Notes under the pieces: model-generated
Databases searched by the model: none
What the model was told of the DNA's origin: nothing
What the model saw: only the letters and a program-made list of their open reading frames with translations
Assembly (NCBI GenBank): GCA_035353255.1
Contig: DAOPZE010000001.1
Coordinates: forward strand, 3,309-67,308
Direction of reading: 5' to 3'
From: Candidatus Cloacimonadota bacterium
Lineage (GTDB): Bacteria > Cloacimonadota > Cloacimonadia > Cloacimonadales > Cloacimonadaceae
Length of the DNA: 64,000 bases
Shown here: positions 9,409-17,538 of the stretch, piece after piece
Numbering within the stretch: the first letter of the stretch is position 1
Layout: each line of letters starts with the position of its first letter
Position numbers and translations under genes: made by a program

Positions 9409-10512
9409 TCATCCAAAACTGTCGTAATATATCTTATCCGCAGCGAGACCATGCTCGACCAGGGATTTTGTTACCGCAGCGATCATACCCGGGCTTCCGC
9501 ACAGATAGGCTTCCGTATTCTTAGGGTCACGAATGGCATCCTTGAAGAACGGCATGACGAAACCTGTTTTGCCTTGCCAGTTCTCCTCTGGTGTTGCGTG
9601 GGATAGAACCGGAACATAAGTAAAATCAGGCAGAGCCTTTTCGAAATGCTGCATATATTCGGTGAGATAGAGGTCTTTGGTAGTCCTGGCTCCGAAGAAA
9701 TAGGTCATTTTACGATCGGTGCCTACAACTTCAAGGTGTTCCAGCATCGATTTGATCGGAGCTTTGCCACTTCCACCCGCCACGAAAATGACGTCAGCGT
9801 TTGTATCACGCAGATAGAAATCGCCATAGGGTCCGGTCAGATTGACTTCCTCCCCCAGCTGGAGATAATTATGAACCCAGGTCGTGCAGATACCTTCTGG
9901 AACAAGCCGGATGATGAGCTGAAGGGTTTTCTCATCTTCGGGTTTGGAGGAGATAGAATATGCCCTAACGACTTTCTGTTTCATCTTGGCGTAAGGCTTG
10001 GTCTCGATCTGAACGTATTGACCGGCTTTGAAATCAATCTTGGAAGGTTCAAGGAGCTCAAAGGTTATCCCCTTGGTATCGTAGGTATAATCAATTATCT
10101 CAGCTACTCTGGCTTTGTACTTGCGTATGTTGAAGATCGATTCGGGTATGACAATGCTGATGTCGGACTTGACTTTTACCTGGCAGGAAAGACGGATCCC
10201 GTCAGCTAGTTCGGCTTTGGAAAGGAGGGGTTTCTCGGTGGGAAGCAACGGTCCTCCGCCTTCAGTGACTTTGCACTTGCAAGCTCCGCAGCTGCCTCTT
10301 CCGCCACAAGCCGAAGGGATAAAAATCTGCTGGTCGCCAAGGGAGCTAAGGAGGCTGTTGCCACCTTTTACCGTGAGATCACGTTTACCATTGATATTGA
10401 TCTTCATCTCTCCATAGTTAGAGAGGAACTTCTGCGCGATCACTAATAGAACCGCAAAAGCGGCACAGACTCCGGTCAGGGCAAGGATATCATAGATGAT
10501 TCTCAGCGCCAT
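9409..10512 (-). CDS. nqrF: NqrF-type subunit: TM anchor, plant-type 2Fe-2S ferredoxin and FAD/NADH-binding reductase
   Basis: N-terminal TM helix, cluster motif CGGRGSCGACKC...LSC, FAD motif RAYSISS and NAD motif GGSGKAP. Confidence 0.85.
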   Translation of the reverse strand: MALRIIYDILALTGVCAAFAVLLVIAQKFLSNYGEMKININGKRDLTVKGGNSLLSSLGDQQIFIPSACGGRGSCGACKCKVTEGGGPLLPTEKPLLSKAELADGIRLSCQVKVKSDISIVIPESIFNIRKYKARVAEIIDYTYDTKGITFELLEPSKIDFKAGQYVQIETKPYAKMKQKVVRAYSISSKPEDEKTLQLIIRLVPEGICTTWVHNYLQLGEEVNLTGPYGDFYLRDTNADVIFVAGGSGKAPIKSMLEHLEVVGTDRKMTYFFGARTTKDLYLTEYMQHFEKALPDFTYVPVLSHATPEENWQGKTGFVMPFFKDAIRDPKNTEAYLCGSPGMIAAVTKSLVEHGLAADKIYYDSFG

Positions 10513-10523
10513 TTATGAAGCTC

Positions 10524-11111
10524 CTATTGGACCGAGACAATGCCGGAAAAACCGACAAAGCCCAATGCCATAATACCTGTGATGATGAGACTGATCCCGG
10601 CGCCTTGTAACCCCACGGGAACAAGCTTCTCTTTCAGTTTGGCTCTGATCCCGGCAAGCATGAGGATTGCCAGAAGCCAGCCAATACCGCTTCCGGCACC
10701 GAATGCTATTGACTGAAGGAAGTTATAATTGCGGATAACTAAGAAGAGGCTGACGCCGAAGATCGCGCAGTTCACGGTTATCAGGGGCAAGAAGATTCCC
10801 AAAGTATAGTACAGGGCAGGTACATATCGTTCGATGATCAATTCCAGAAGTTGAACGAACGCAGCTATAACGATAATGAAGACTATATATTCCAGATAGA
10901 CTATGTTCAAAGGTACTAATATGTAATGATGCGCAACCCAGTTCAAACCGGCGGTCACTGTGAGGACAAATATCACCGCTACACCGAGACCAAAAGAAGA
11001 TTCGACTTCTCTGGATACGGAAAGATAGGAGCACATCCCCAGAAAATTGGTCAGCAGTATATTCGAAGTGAAGATAGCTGCCCAAAACAGAACAAATGCA
11101 CTGATACTCAT
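10524..11111 (-). CDS. nqrE: NqrE/RnfA-family membrane subunit
   Basis: 195 aa with six hydrophobic spans and the conserved LGMCS block. Positioned directly upstream of nqrF. Confidence 0.8.
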   Translation of the reverse strand: MSISAFVLFWAAIFTSNILLTNFLGMCSYLSVSREVESSFGLGVAVIFVLTVTAGLNWVAHHYILVPLNIVYLEYIVFIIVIAAFVQLLELIIERYVPALYYTLGIFLPLITVNCAIFGVSLFLVIRNYNFLQSIAFGAGSGIGWLLAILMLAGIRAKLKEKLVPVGLQGAGISLIITGIMALGFVGFSGIVSVQ

Positions 11112-11115
11112 ATCA

Positions 11116-11712
11116 CTACGCCTTTACCTTATAGTATTTGGTGTTGATGATCCAGATCAGGATCGCCAGCAGGAAGAACGCGCTTGGTGCCATGACCATG
11201 ATCGACCAACGAATCCACCAGTCACCGAGGATGGGAATTCCGAAAAGGGAACCGAAGCCGAAAAGCTCCCTAACGACAGCGATTGCCAAAAGCACTAGTG
11301 TGTAGCCGATACCACTGCCAATTCCGTCGATAAATGAATCAAGAGGCTTATTCTGGGCGGCAAAGCCTTCTGCTCTCCCCATCAGAATGCAATTGGTGAT
11401 GATCAAACCGACATAGGGTCCGAGTTGCTTGGAGATCGCTGGCATATTAGCCTTGAGGAATATATCCACTACGATCACGTATGCCGCGATTATCAGGGTC
11501 TGAACCATCATACGGACACTGCGGGGAGTGTATTCTCTGATGGCTGAGATCGTGAGGCTGGAAAAAGCGACGGAGAAGGTCACTCCCAAGCCCATGATCA
11601 GGCTGTTCATCATTAGATTGGTCACTGCGAGAGAAGAACAAATCCCCAAGATCTGTCGCCAGACCGAATTCTCGCGAAAGGCTGAAACGATAAATATCTC
11701 TTTCTTGGTCAT
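11116..11712 (-). CDS. nqrD: NqrD/RnfE-family membrane subunit
   Basis: 198 aa polytopic protein with ILGICSSLAVT and TNCILMGRAE blocks typical of NqrD/RnfE. Confidence 0.8.
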   Translation of the reverse strand: MTKKEIFIVSAFRENSVWRQILGICSSLAVTNLMMNSLIMGLGVTFSVAFSSLTISAIREYTPRSVRMMVQTLIIAAYVIVVDIFLKANMPAISKQLGPYVGLIITNCILMGRAEGFAAQNKPLDSFIDGIGSGIGYTLVLLAIAVVRELFGFGSLFGIPILGDWWIRWSIMVMAPSAFFLLAILIWIINTKYYKVKA

Positions 11713-12371
11713 TGGGCAGTTCCTTGTTGATCCTTGATGATCATTATCTCATCTTTGAGCATACGGAGAACGCTGTTGCTTGTAATAGTCGCGCCGGTGA
11801 TCTGACGGATCTGAGTATCGCTTGTCGTGGCTTGACGTTCCGGGACCAGAGAGAAAACTGTCGGATTGTCACCGGATAATAGCTTCTTTCCCCTGAATTG
11901 TGTCCTGAAGCCTTCTTCCTCGATGCGGGCACCGAGCCCCGGAGTTTCCATCTGGGAATAAACTGCGAGGTCGATGATGGTCGATCTGTCTGGCGCTAAG
12001 GCGACCAGAGCTCTCATCGAACCCCAAAGTCCATTGCCGCCGATGTCATAGCAGTAAGCAAGTTCCTTACCTGATGCAGTGACAACGAAGCACTTTCGGG
12101 ATTGACTATTGTCTTCCTTTATGTATTTCTTAAAGGTATCCTGAGAGTTAGCTATCAGATCTGATTCGTGAAGCCTGAGCTCAGAAGCAATAGTCTTTGC
12201 GGTGAGCTTTACGATCTGTAACTGGTAAGCATTATCCTCGTTTGCCTTGATCTTTGCCTCAGAGGTTCGGAACATAACGGCAAGGATACCGACGAAGACT
12301 ACCGAGATGATGATCATGAACAGGATCGGATAGTATAAGGTTTCTGTAAACGGTGTCTTATCCATGATCAA
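11709..12371 (-). CDS. nqrC: NqrC/RnfG-family FMN-binding subunit
   Basis: Single N-terminal TM helix, FMN_bind-type domain and the covalent-FMN motif ITGATITSNSV. Start and stop overlap the neighbouring genes by 4 nt. Confidence 0.75.
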   Translation of the reverse strand: MIMDKTPFTETLYYPILFMIIISVVFVGILAVMFRTSEAKIKANEDNAYQLQIVKLTAKTIASELRLHESDLIANSQDTFKKYIKEDNSQSRKCFVVTASGKELAYCYDIGGNGLWGSMRALVALAPDRSTIIDLAVYSQMETPGLGARIEEEGFRTQFRGKKLLSGDNPTVFSLVPERQATTSDTQIRQITGATITSNSVLRMLKDEIMIIKDQQGTAQ

Positions 12372-13309
12372 GCCACCTTCTTCTTAGGTTTCAAAAGATA
12401 GTTGTCGATCCCGTACTCGATGATCGGCATAAATGCGTTGGTTAAAAGCAGAGCGAACATAAAACCTTCAGCAAATAGCGAGAATCTTCTGATGAAAACG
12501 GTTAAGAAGCCGATCATGATACCGTAGATCCAGATTGCGTATTTCCCCTTTGCCTGAGACACAGGATCAGTTGTCATAAAGACAATTCCGAACATTGCTC
12601 CGCCTGTCACTAACATGAAAAGTGGGTTCTCCGCGGGATAGAATATCCAGTTGAAGAGAAGGATACTGACAGCGGTACTCACCATGGGTTGCCATTTCGC
12701 TGTTTTAGATACGATCAGATACAGACCTGCAAGGATCAGAAGTAGTGCGGAAGTCTCGCCTATGGATCCGGATATATAACCAAGGAAGGCATTCAGGAAA
12801 GAAGTATCAACCGGCCGGCCAAGACGGAACTGACCGAGGATTGTAGCTGAAGTTATCATTTCAGATCCACCAGACCATCTTAGGAACCCTCCGGGAAAAT
12901 CAGACATGGTAAAAGGCTTGATCCAGTTTACGGTCATCTGCTGCGGAAATGATACGTAAACAAAAGTTCGTCCCAGGATCGCCGGATTGAACGGGTTGGT
13001 TCCAAAACCACCGAAGACCATTTTACCGAAAGCTATGGCGATGATCGCACCAACTGCTGACATCCATATCGGTATAGTGGGCGGCAAGGTCATGGCCACT
13101 AGTGTGGACGTCACAAAACACGCCATGCTGACCTTACCTGCTTTCTTCTTGTAGATAAACAGGTACTCAGTGATATAACCGGCAGCATTGGCTGCAAGGA
13201 CTACGGCGAGAACCCTCCAGCCAAAGAGAAAGATAGCGAATATCATGCTAGGTATCAGTGCATAAAGGACTCTGTTCATGATACTCTGTTTTAATATGCG
13301 TTCAAACAT
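12368..13309 (-). CDS. nqrB: NqrB/RnfD-family membrane subunit (313 aa, RnfD-sized)
   Basis: Blocks GGFGTNPFNPAILGR, ITSATILG (FMN-attachment type S/T-x-A-T), GETSALLLILAGLYL and FMTTDPVS. Confidence 0.75.
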   Translation of the reverse strand: MFERILKQSIMNRVLYALIPSMIFAIFLFGWRVLAVVLAANAAGYITEYLFIYKKKAGKVSMACFVTSTLVAMTLPPTIPIWMSAVGAIIAIAFGKMVFGGFGTNPFNPAILGRTFVYVSFPQQMTVNWIKPFTMSDFPGGFLRWSGGSEMITSATILGQFRLGRPVDTSFLNAFLGYISGSIGETSALLLILAGLYLIVSKTAKWQPMVSTAVSILLFNWIFYPAENPLFMLVTGGAMFGIVFMTTDPVSQAKGKYAIWIYGIMIGFLTVFIRRFSLFAEGFMFALLLTNAFMPIIEYGIDNYLLKPKKKVA

Positions 13310-13586
13310 GAAAATACATCGTCTCCCTATGTCTTACTTAAACTGTGGTAGGTGCATGCATCTTGTTCCGGAAAGAACTCAAATACATATTAAACTCGTC
13401 AATAAGAGAGATTGGAAAAAATATATTCAGAACATTCTTGTCTGTCGTAGAGCTGTGAATTCCTAATCCGTCTATGGATTCCAGCACAAAGCAGAACTCA
13501 CGCATCAAGCTGGGTTGCATCGTGATCTTACACTTAATCGTCCACGATGATATTGCTGTGAATTCACTTACGAGGAAATCCATAAG

Positions 13587-14249
13587 CTAATTCCCGGTAT
13601 TGCCAGATTCTTTGTTTGTATCTTTTTTGGGTGCAGGAGCATCAAGGTCAGGATCACCGGGAAGACGCACATAATCTCTTGTTGCGTTTACGTCTTCATC
13701 TGTAGGATTCTCTGAACCACGGCTAAGGAACACTTTAACCTGCATCAGTTTCTCGATCTTGTTTCCCGGAGCAGGAATGCATCTTACTACCGAGTTGGGA
13801 GGATACCTCTCTGAATAGAGTGAGTCAATGATCGTTGTTTTCAGGTTAGAATTACGTAAACGGATGTATGCTTCCTGATAAGGCAAGCCAATGATCTCCG
13901 GTACTTTAACTATCTTCGAGCCTCTGCTTACGACAAGATAGACAGCCTGATCCTGTTTTAACTTCTTGCCATCCTCTGGGCTCTGTTCGAGCACGAACTG
14001 AACCGGGATCTCATCCGACCATACGGAGTCCTTTACTACGACGTGGAGCCGGTCTTCATGCAAAAGGTTCTTTGCCTTTGCGAGACTAAGGCCAACTACA
14101 TTGGGCACAACCACAGTCGCAGAACTGCCAAGAATGATCGGATATATGATCTGACTTGAAAGGAAAGCCACAACGATGATGATTCCAAAGCCTATTCCAG
14201 CTATATAGCCAACATGTTTCCAGTTTATCTCTTTATGATAATTCTTCAT
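13587..14249 (-). CDS. Stand-alone membrane-anchored PASTA-domain protein (two PASTA repeats)
   Basis: One TM helix followed by two PASTA-like repeats (VVPNVVGLSLAKAKNLL...VYLVVSRG and VKVPEIIGLPYQEAYIRL...VFLSRG). The tail is charged and Pro-rich. Its start overlaps the rsmB stop (TAATG). Confidence 0.8.
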   Translation of the reverse strand: MKNYHKEINWKHVGYIAGIGFGIIIVVAFLSSQIIYPIILGSSATVVVPNVVGLSLAKAKNLLHEDRLHVVVKDSVWSDEIPVQFVLEQSPEDGKKLKQDQAVYLVVSRGSKIVKVPEIIGLPYQEAYIRLRNSNLKTTIIDSLYSERYPPNSVVRCIPAPGNKIEKLMQVKVFLSRGSENPTDEDVNATRDYVRLPGDPDLDAPAPKKDTNKESGNTGN

Positions 14250-15565
14250 TACTTGATCCTTCTGAGTTTTGCCGCAAAAGCCCCATCCATGTTATGCCTG
14301 AAAGGTACTGTCTTCATGCAACCTTTCTCAATGTATGTCTCAGGTATGAACCCTGAAGCATCCACAAGAATAAACTTTGCGTTGTTCCTGAGGAACTTCT
14401 CGACTTGTTTTTCGTTTTCATCAGGATTCATTGTGCATGTCGAATAGACCATGAACCCGTCAAGCTTCACGAAGTTCGAGGCATATTCCAAAGCTCTTTC
14501 CTGAAGCTTGATCAGTTCCGGAATATCCTGATGTACCTGCCAACGTATCTCTGCTTTTCTGGCAAGAACACCCCAACCTGAACACGGGGCATCTACAAGT
14601 ACTCTATCGAAGGCTGGCGCTATGGGACCGTACTTAAACGCGTCGTTTACGATAATCTTGATATTTGTAAGCTGGAGCCGATCAGCAGCTTGTTTGAGGA
14701 GCTTCATCTTGTTTGGGATTTTATCGACGGCAATAACTTCACCGCTATTATTCAGCTTCTCGGCGATATACGAGCATTTCCCTCCAGGCGCGGCAAAGAG
14801 ATCAAGCACTGAATTATCTTCGCGGGGATCGAGAAGATCGACAACCATTGCCGCTGAACTATCTTGCACGGAGAAATATCCTTCCGAGAAGGCAACATCG
14901 TTTAACACCTTATCAGCTTCACGAGTCGAGAACATCATTGGGCTGGCTTGCGTAGGTGTAATGATCACATCACGTTTGGCGAAATACTGCACCAGTTTCT
15001 GCGGGGTCGTTGCAGTCGAATTCACTCTGATATGAAGCTGTGGATTTTCGTTGAAAAAGATAGCAAGATACTCAGCATCTTCTTCTCCCCAGAGAGCTAT
15101 CCATTCCCCGATCAGTTCTTCTGGATATGAATGCTCGACAGATATTCTCTGGACCGGCTCTGTTGGATAGCTGACATCAGGATGCCTTAGGTAGTTACGC
15201 AAGACTGCATTGACGAAGTCTCCTAACGAGTTCCCCAATAGGGACTTTGTCAGTTCCACAGTCTCATTGACCGCGGCATGTGAAGGTATAGAATCCAAAT
15301 AGATGAGTTGATACAATCCTAGATAAAGCATGATCTTGATCTTAAGATCAGTTGTCGCGTACTTCTTTGGATCGGTGAAGATTGACAGAATGTAATCAAG
15401 CTTCATACGCATCTTAATAATACCCTTAACTACTGTATAGAAAAGCGCGACGTTTTCATTCGAATCTTTCAGTTTACGGGCACGTTGCTGTAGTAAGGTA
15501 TCGGAAAAATCGTGATCTTTGAACACCTTAAGGATGGTTGAATAAGCTTCTTGTCGGAAGTTCAT
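14249..15565 (-). CDS. rsmB: 16S rRNA (cytosine-C5)-methyltransferase RsmB/Sun family
   Basis: NusB-like N-terminus, SAM motif DLFAAPGGKC, and catalytic blocks DAPCSGWG and YSTCT. Confidence 0.85.
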   Translation of the reverse strand: MNFRQEAYSTILKVFKDHDFSDTLLQQRARKLKDSNENVALFYTVVKGIIKMRMKLDYILSIFTDPKKYATTDLKIKIMLYLGLYQLIYLDSIPSHAAVNETVELTKSLLGNSLGDFVNAVLRNYLRHPDVSYPTEPVQRISVEHSYPEELIGEWIALWGEEDAEYLAIFFNENPQLHIRVNSTATTPQKLVQYFAKRDVIITPTQASPMMFSTREADKVLNDVAFSEGYFSVQDSSAAMVVDLLDPREDNSVLDLFAAPGGKCSYIAEKLNNSGEVIAVDKIPNKMKLLKQAADRLQLTNIKIIVNDAFKYGPIAPAFDRVLVDAPCSGWGVLARKAEIRWQVHQDIPELIKLQERALEYASNFVKLDGFMVYSTCTMNPDENEKQVEKFLRNNAKFILVDASGFIPETYIEKGCMKTVPFRHNMDGAFAAKLRRIK

Positions 15566-16164
15566 TTGTTCTTCTGGTAGAGACGTTTTATGGTCTCTTT
15601 GATAAGCTGTTCGATAGTGAGATCAGCGCTGTCCGAATTCATCGCGCTCAGCTCTCTTCTGATATCCTTGATGTTGAACCCAAGTGACAAAAGCGCATTC
15701 TCTACTTCAAAGCTGATACTGTCATTTGTAACCATTTCGTGTGGATCAAGGTAGTCTGTGATAACCTGGATCTTATCTTTCAATTCAATGATCAGGCGCT
15801 GGGCCGATTTCTTCCCGAGTCCCGGTACCTTCGTTATCAACCCTTCTTCCCCACTCAGTATTGCTCTGCTGAATGCGCCTATTGACATCGTGGAGATGAC
15901 CGAAATGGCTATTCTGGGACCAACCCCCGATACTGAGATCAAGAGCTTGAAAAGCTCACATTCAGCTATTGTGGCAAAGCCATATATTTTGGCTCCATCC
16001 TGAGTGATGTTGAGAAATGTATAAAGTTGGCAAGTCTCTCCCAGTTTAGGGAGTTTCTCATAAGTACTAACCGGAATTCTGAGCTCCCATCCGAGTCCTG
16101 AGGATTCAATGACTGCCATTACAGGTGATTTTACAGCCAGCATTCCCTTGATGTAATTCAACAT
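15562..16164 (-). CDS. ruvA: Holliday junction DNA helicase subunit RuvA
   Basis: 200 aa with N-terminal MLNYIKG...V, helix-hairpin-helix blocks LISVSGVGPRIA and KVPGLGKKSAQRLIIELK, next to ruvC. Confidence 0.9.
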   Translation of the reverse strand: MLNYIKGMLAVKSPVMAVIESSGLGWELRIPVSTYEKLPKLGETCQLYTFLNITQDGAKIYGFATIAECELFKLLISVSGVGPRIAISVISTMSIGAFSRAILSGEEGLITKVPGLGKKSAQRLIIELKDKIQVITDYLDPHEMVTNDSISFEVENALLSLGFNIKDIRRELSAMNSDSADLTIEQLIKETIKRLYQKNK

Positions 16165-16640
16165 CCGCTTATCCTCATCCGGTTAAAATGGCAGACTGCG
16201 ATCGCAAGGGCGTCATAAGCGTCATCTTTTGTGGGATTGTTTTTTAGCTTGAACAGAGAGTTGACCATGAACCTGACTTGCTGTTTGGTCGCATTGCCAT
16301 TACCCACGACAGCTTTCTTGATTTCCCTGGGGCTATACTCAAACATAGGAATATTGCATTGAGCTAATGACAGAAGCAACACACCCCTGGCATGCCCAAG
16401 AGTGAAGATACTCTTCACTTGTTTGCTGAAAAACATCGTTTCCACCGCTGCCATGTCCGGTCGATACTCATGAATAACTCCAATCATGCGTTCATGCAGT
16501 TGTTTAAGTCTTTCAGGCAAATCTTTTGTCTGAGAGACATCTATGACGTCACAACCTGCCGCAATAACCTTGCGTCCTTCAAACTGCAAAAGACCATAGC
16601 CGCAGAAGCGGCTTCCCGGATCTATACCGAGGATGAGCAC
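16158..16640 (-). CDS. ruvC: Crossover junction endodeoxyribonuclease RuvC
   Basis: ILGIDPGSRFCGYG N-terminus and conserved acidic residues (AVETMFF, DAYDALAIAVCH); 160 aa. Confidence 0.95.
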   Translation of the reverse strand: MLILGIDPGSRFCGYGLLQFEGRKVIAAGCDVIDVSQTKDLPERLKQLHERMIGVIHEYRPDMAAVETMFFSKQVKSIFTLGHARGVLLLSLAQCNIPMFEYSPREIKKAVVGNGNATKQQVRFMVNSLFKLKNNPTKDDAYDALAIAVCHFNRMRISGC

Positions 16641-17389
16641 TATTCTTTATTTAGAGCTTCAAGAACTTCGTCTGAGATATCGAAATTAGCATAGACCTTC
16701 TGGACGTCATCAAGATCTTCCAGTTGATCTATCAGTTTCATCAGCTTTGAGGCAAAATCATCAGCATTGATTGTGTTCTTCGGCACCCTGGTAAGTTCAG
16801 CGTTTTCTACCGGATAACCCAGTTTCTCGATCGCGGCGATGACAGTATGAAAATCTCCAGAACCGGTATAGATATCAAAGCGGTCGTCATTCAGTTCGAC
16901 GTCTTCAGCGCCGGCTTCAAGGGCCTGCATCATAAACTCGTCTTCTTCGAGACCGGCAGCAGGAACCTGCATAAAGCCTTTCTGTTCGAAGTTCCAGGAT
17001 ACGGCTCCGGTTTCAGCAAGGTTTCCGCCGTATTTTGAGAAAGTATGACGCAATTCAGCTACGGTTCTGTTTCTGTTATCTGTCATGACGTCCACGACGA
17101 TTCCGACGCCGTTGTGTCCATAACCTTCATAGGTCAATTCTTCATATTGGACACCTTCGATCTCACCGGTACCACGTTTTATCGCTCTATCAATATTGTC
17201 TTTGGGCATATTCTCAGCTTTGGCGCTGTAGATTGCTGTTCTGAGACGAGGATTGGTTTCGGGATCGCCGCCACCGTTCTTTGCCGCCAAAATGATCTCT
17301 TTCACTAGTCTGGTAAAGATTCTACCACGTTTGGCATCGGTAGCGCCTTTTTTGTGTTTTATTGAACTCCACTTATTGTGTCCGGACAT
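16640..17389 (-). CDS. yebC: YebC/PmpR-family DNA-binding transcriptional regulator
   Basis: MSGHNKWSSIKHKKGATDAKRG N-terminus is diagnostic; 249 aa. Confidence 0.95.
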   Translation of the reverse strand: MSGHNKWSSIKHKKGATDAKRGRIFTRLVKEIILAAKNGGGDPETNPRLRTAIYSAKAENMPKDNIDRAIKRGTGEIEGVQYEELTYEGYGHNGVGIVVDVMTDNRNRTVAELRHTFSKYGGNLAETGAVSWNFEQKGFMQVPAAGLEEDEFMMQALEAGAEDVELNDDRFDIYTGSGDFHTVIAAIEKLGYPVENAELTRVPKNTINADDFASKLMKLIDQLEDLDDVQKVYANFDISDEVLEALNKE

Positions 17390-17471
17390 ACATAACCTCT
17401 CTATTTAACATCAAATTTCGTTAGCGTTGTCTTTTATTCATATTATCCCGCTCATGACCATCATGTCAAGA

Positions 17472-17504
17472 TAAAAAAGGGAGGCGGTCATCAAACTCGC
17501 CTCC
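17472..17504 (-). terminator. Rho-independent terminator after the EF-G-like gene
   Basis: On the minus strand: GGGAGGCG, 11-nt loop, CGCCTCCC, then TTTTTTA. The stems are at 17478-17485 and 17497-17504. Confidence 0.8.
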
Positions 17505-17538
17505 CTGTGCAATATATTCTTCAGTGTAAGTGTATGTT

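Noticed and set aside
13452-13567. An 11-bp direct repeat GCTGTGAATTC (13452-13462 and 13555-13565), and a perfect 10-bp palindrome GTGAATTCAC (13558-13567), upstream of the nqr-like operon.
   Set aside because: Dozens of perfect 10-bp palindromes are expected by chance in 64 kb. The sequence does not match CRP/FNR-type consensus spacing.
13338-13583. An 81-aa ORF filling the gap between the PASTA gene and the nqrB-like gene. I considered it as a possible tiny NqrA substitute.
   Set aside because: It has no motif, is not hydrophobic, has a weak RBS and sits in an AT-rich promoter-like region. I cannot support it as a gene, although its tight spacing (3 nt after the PASTA stop) means it is not fully excluded.
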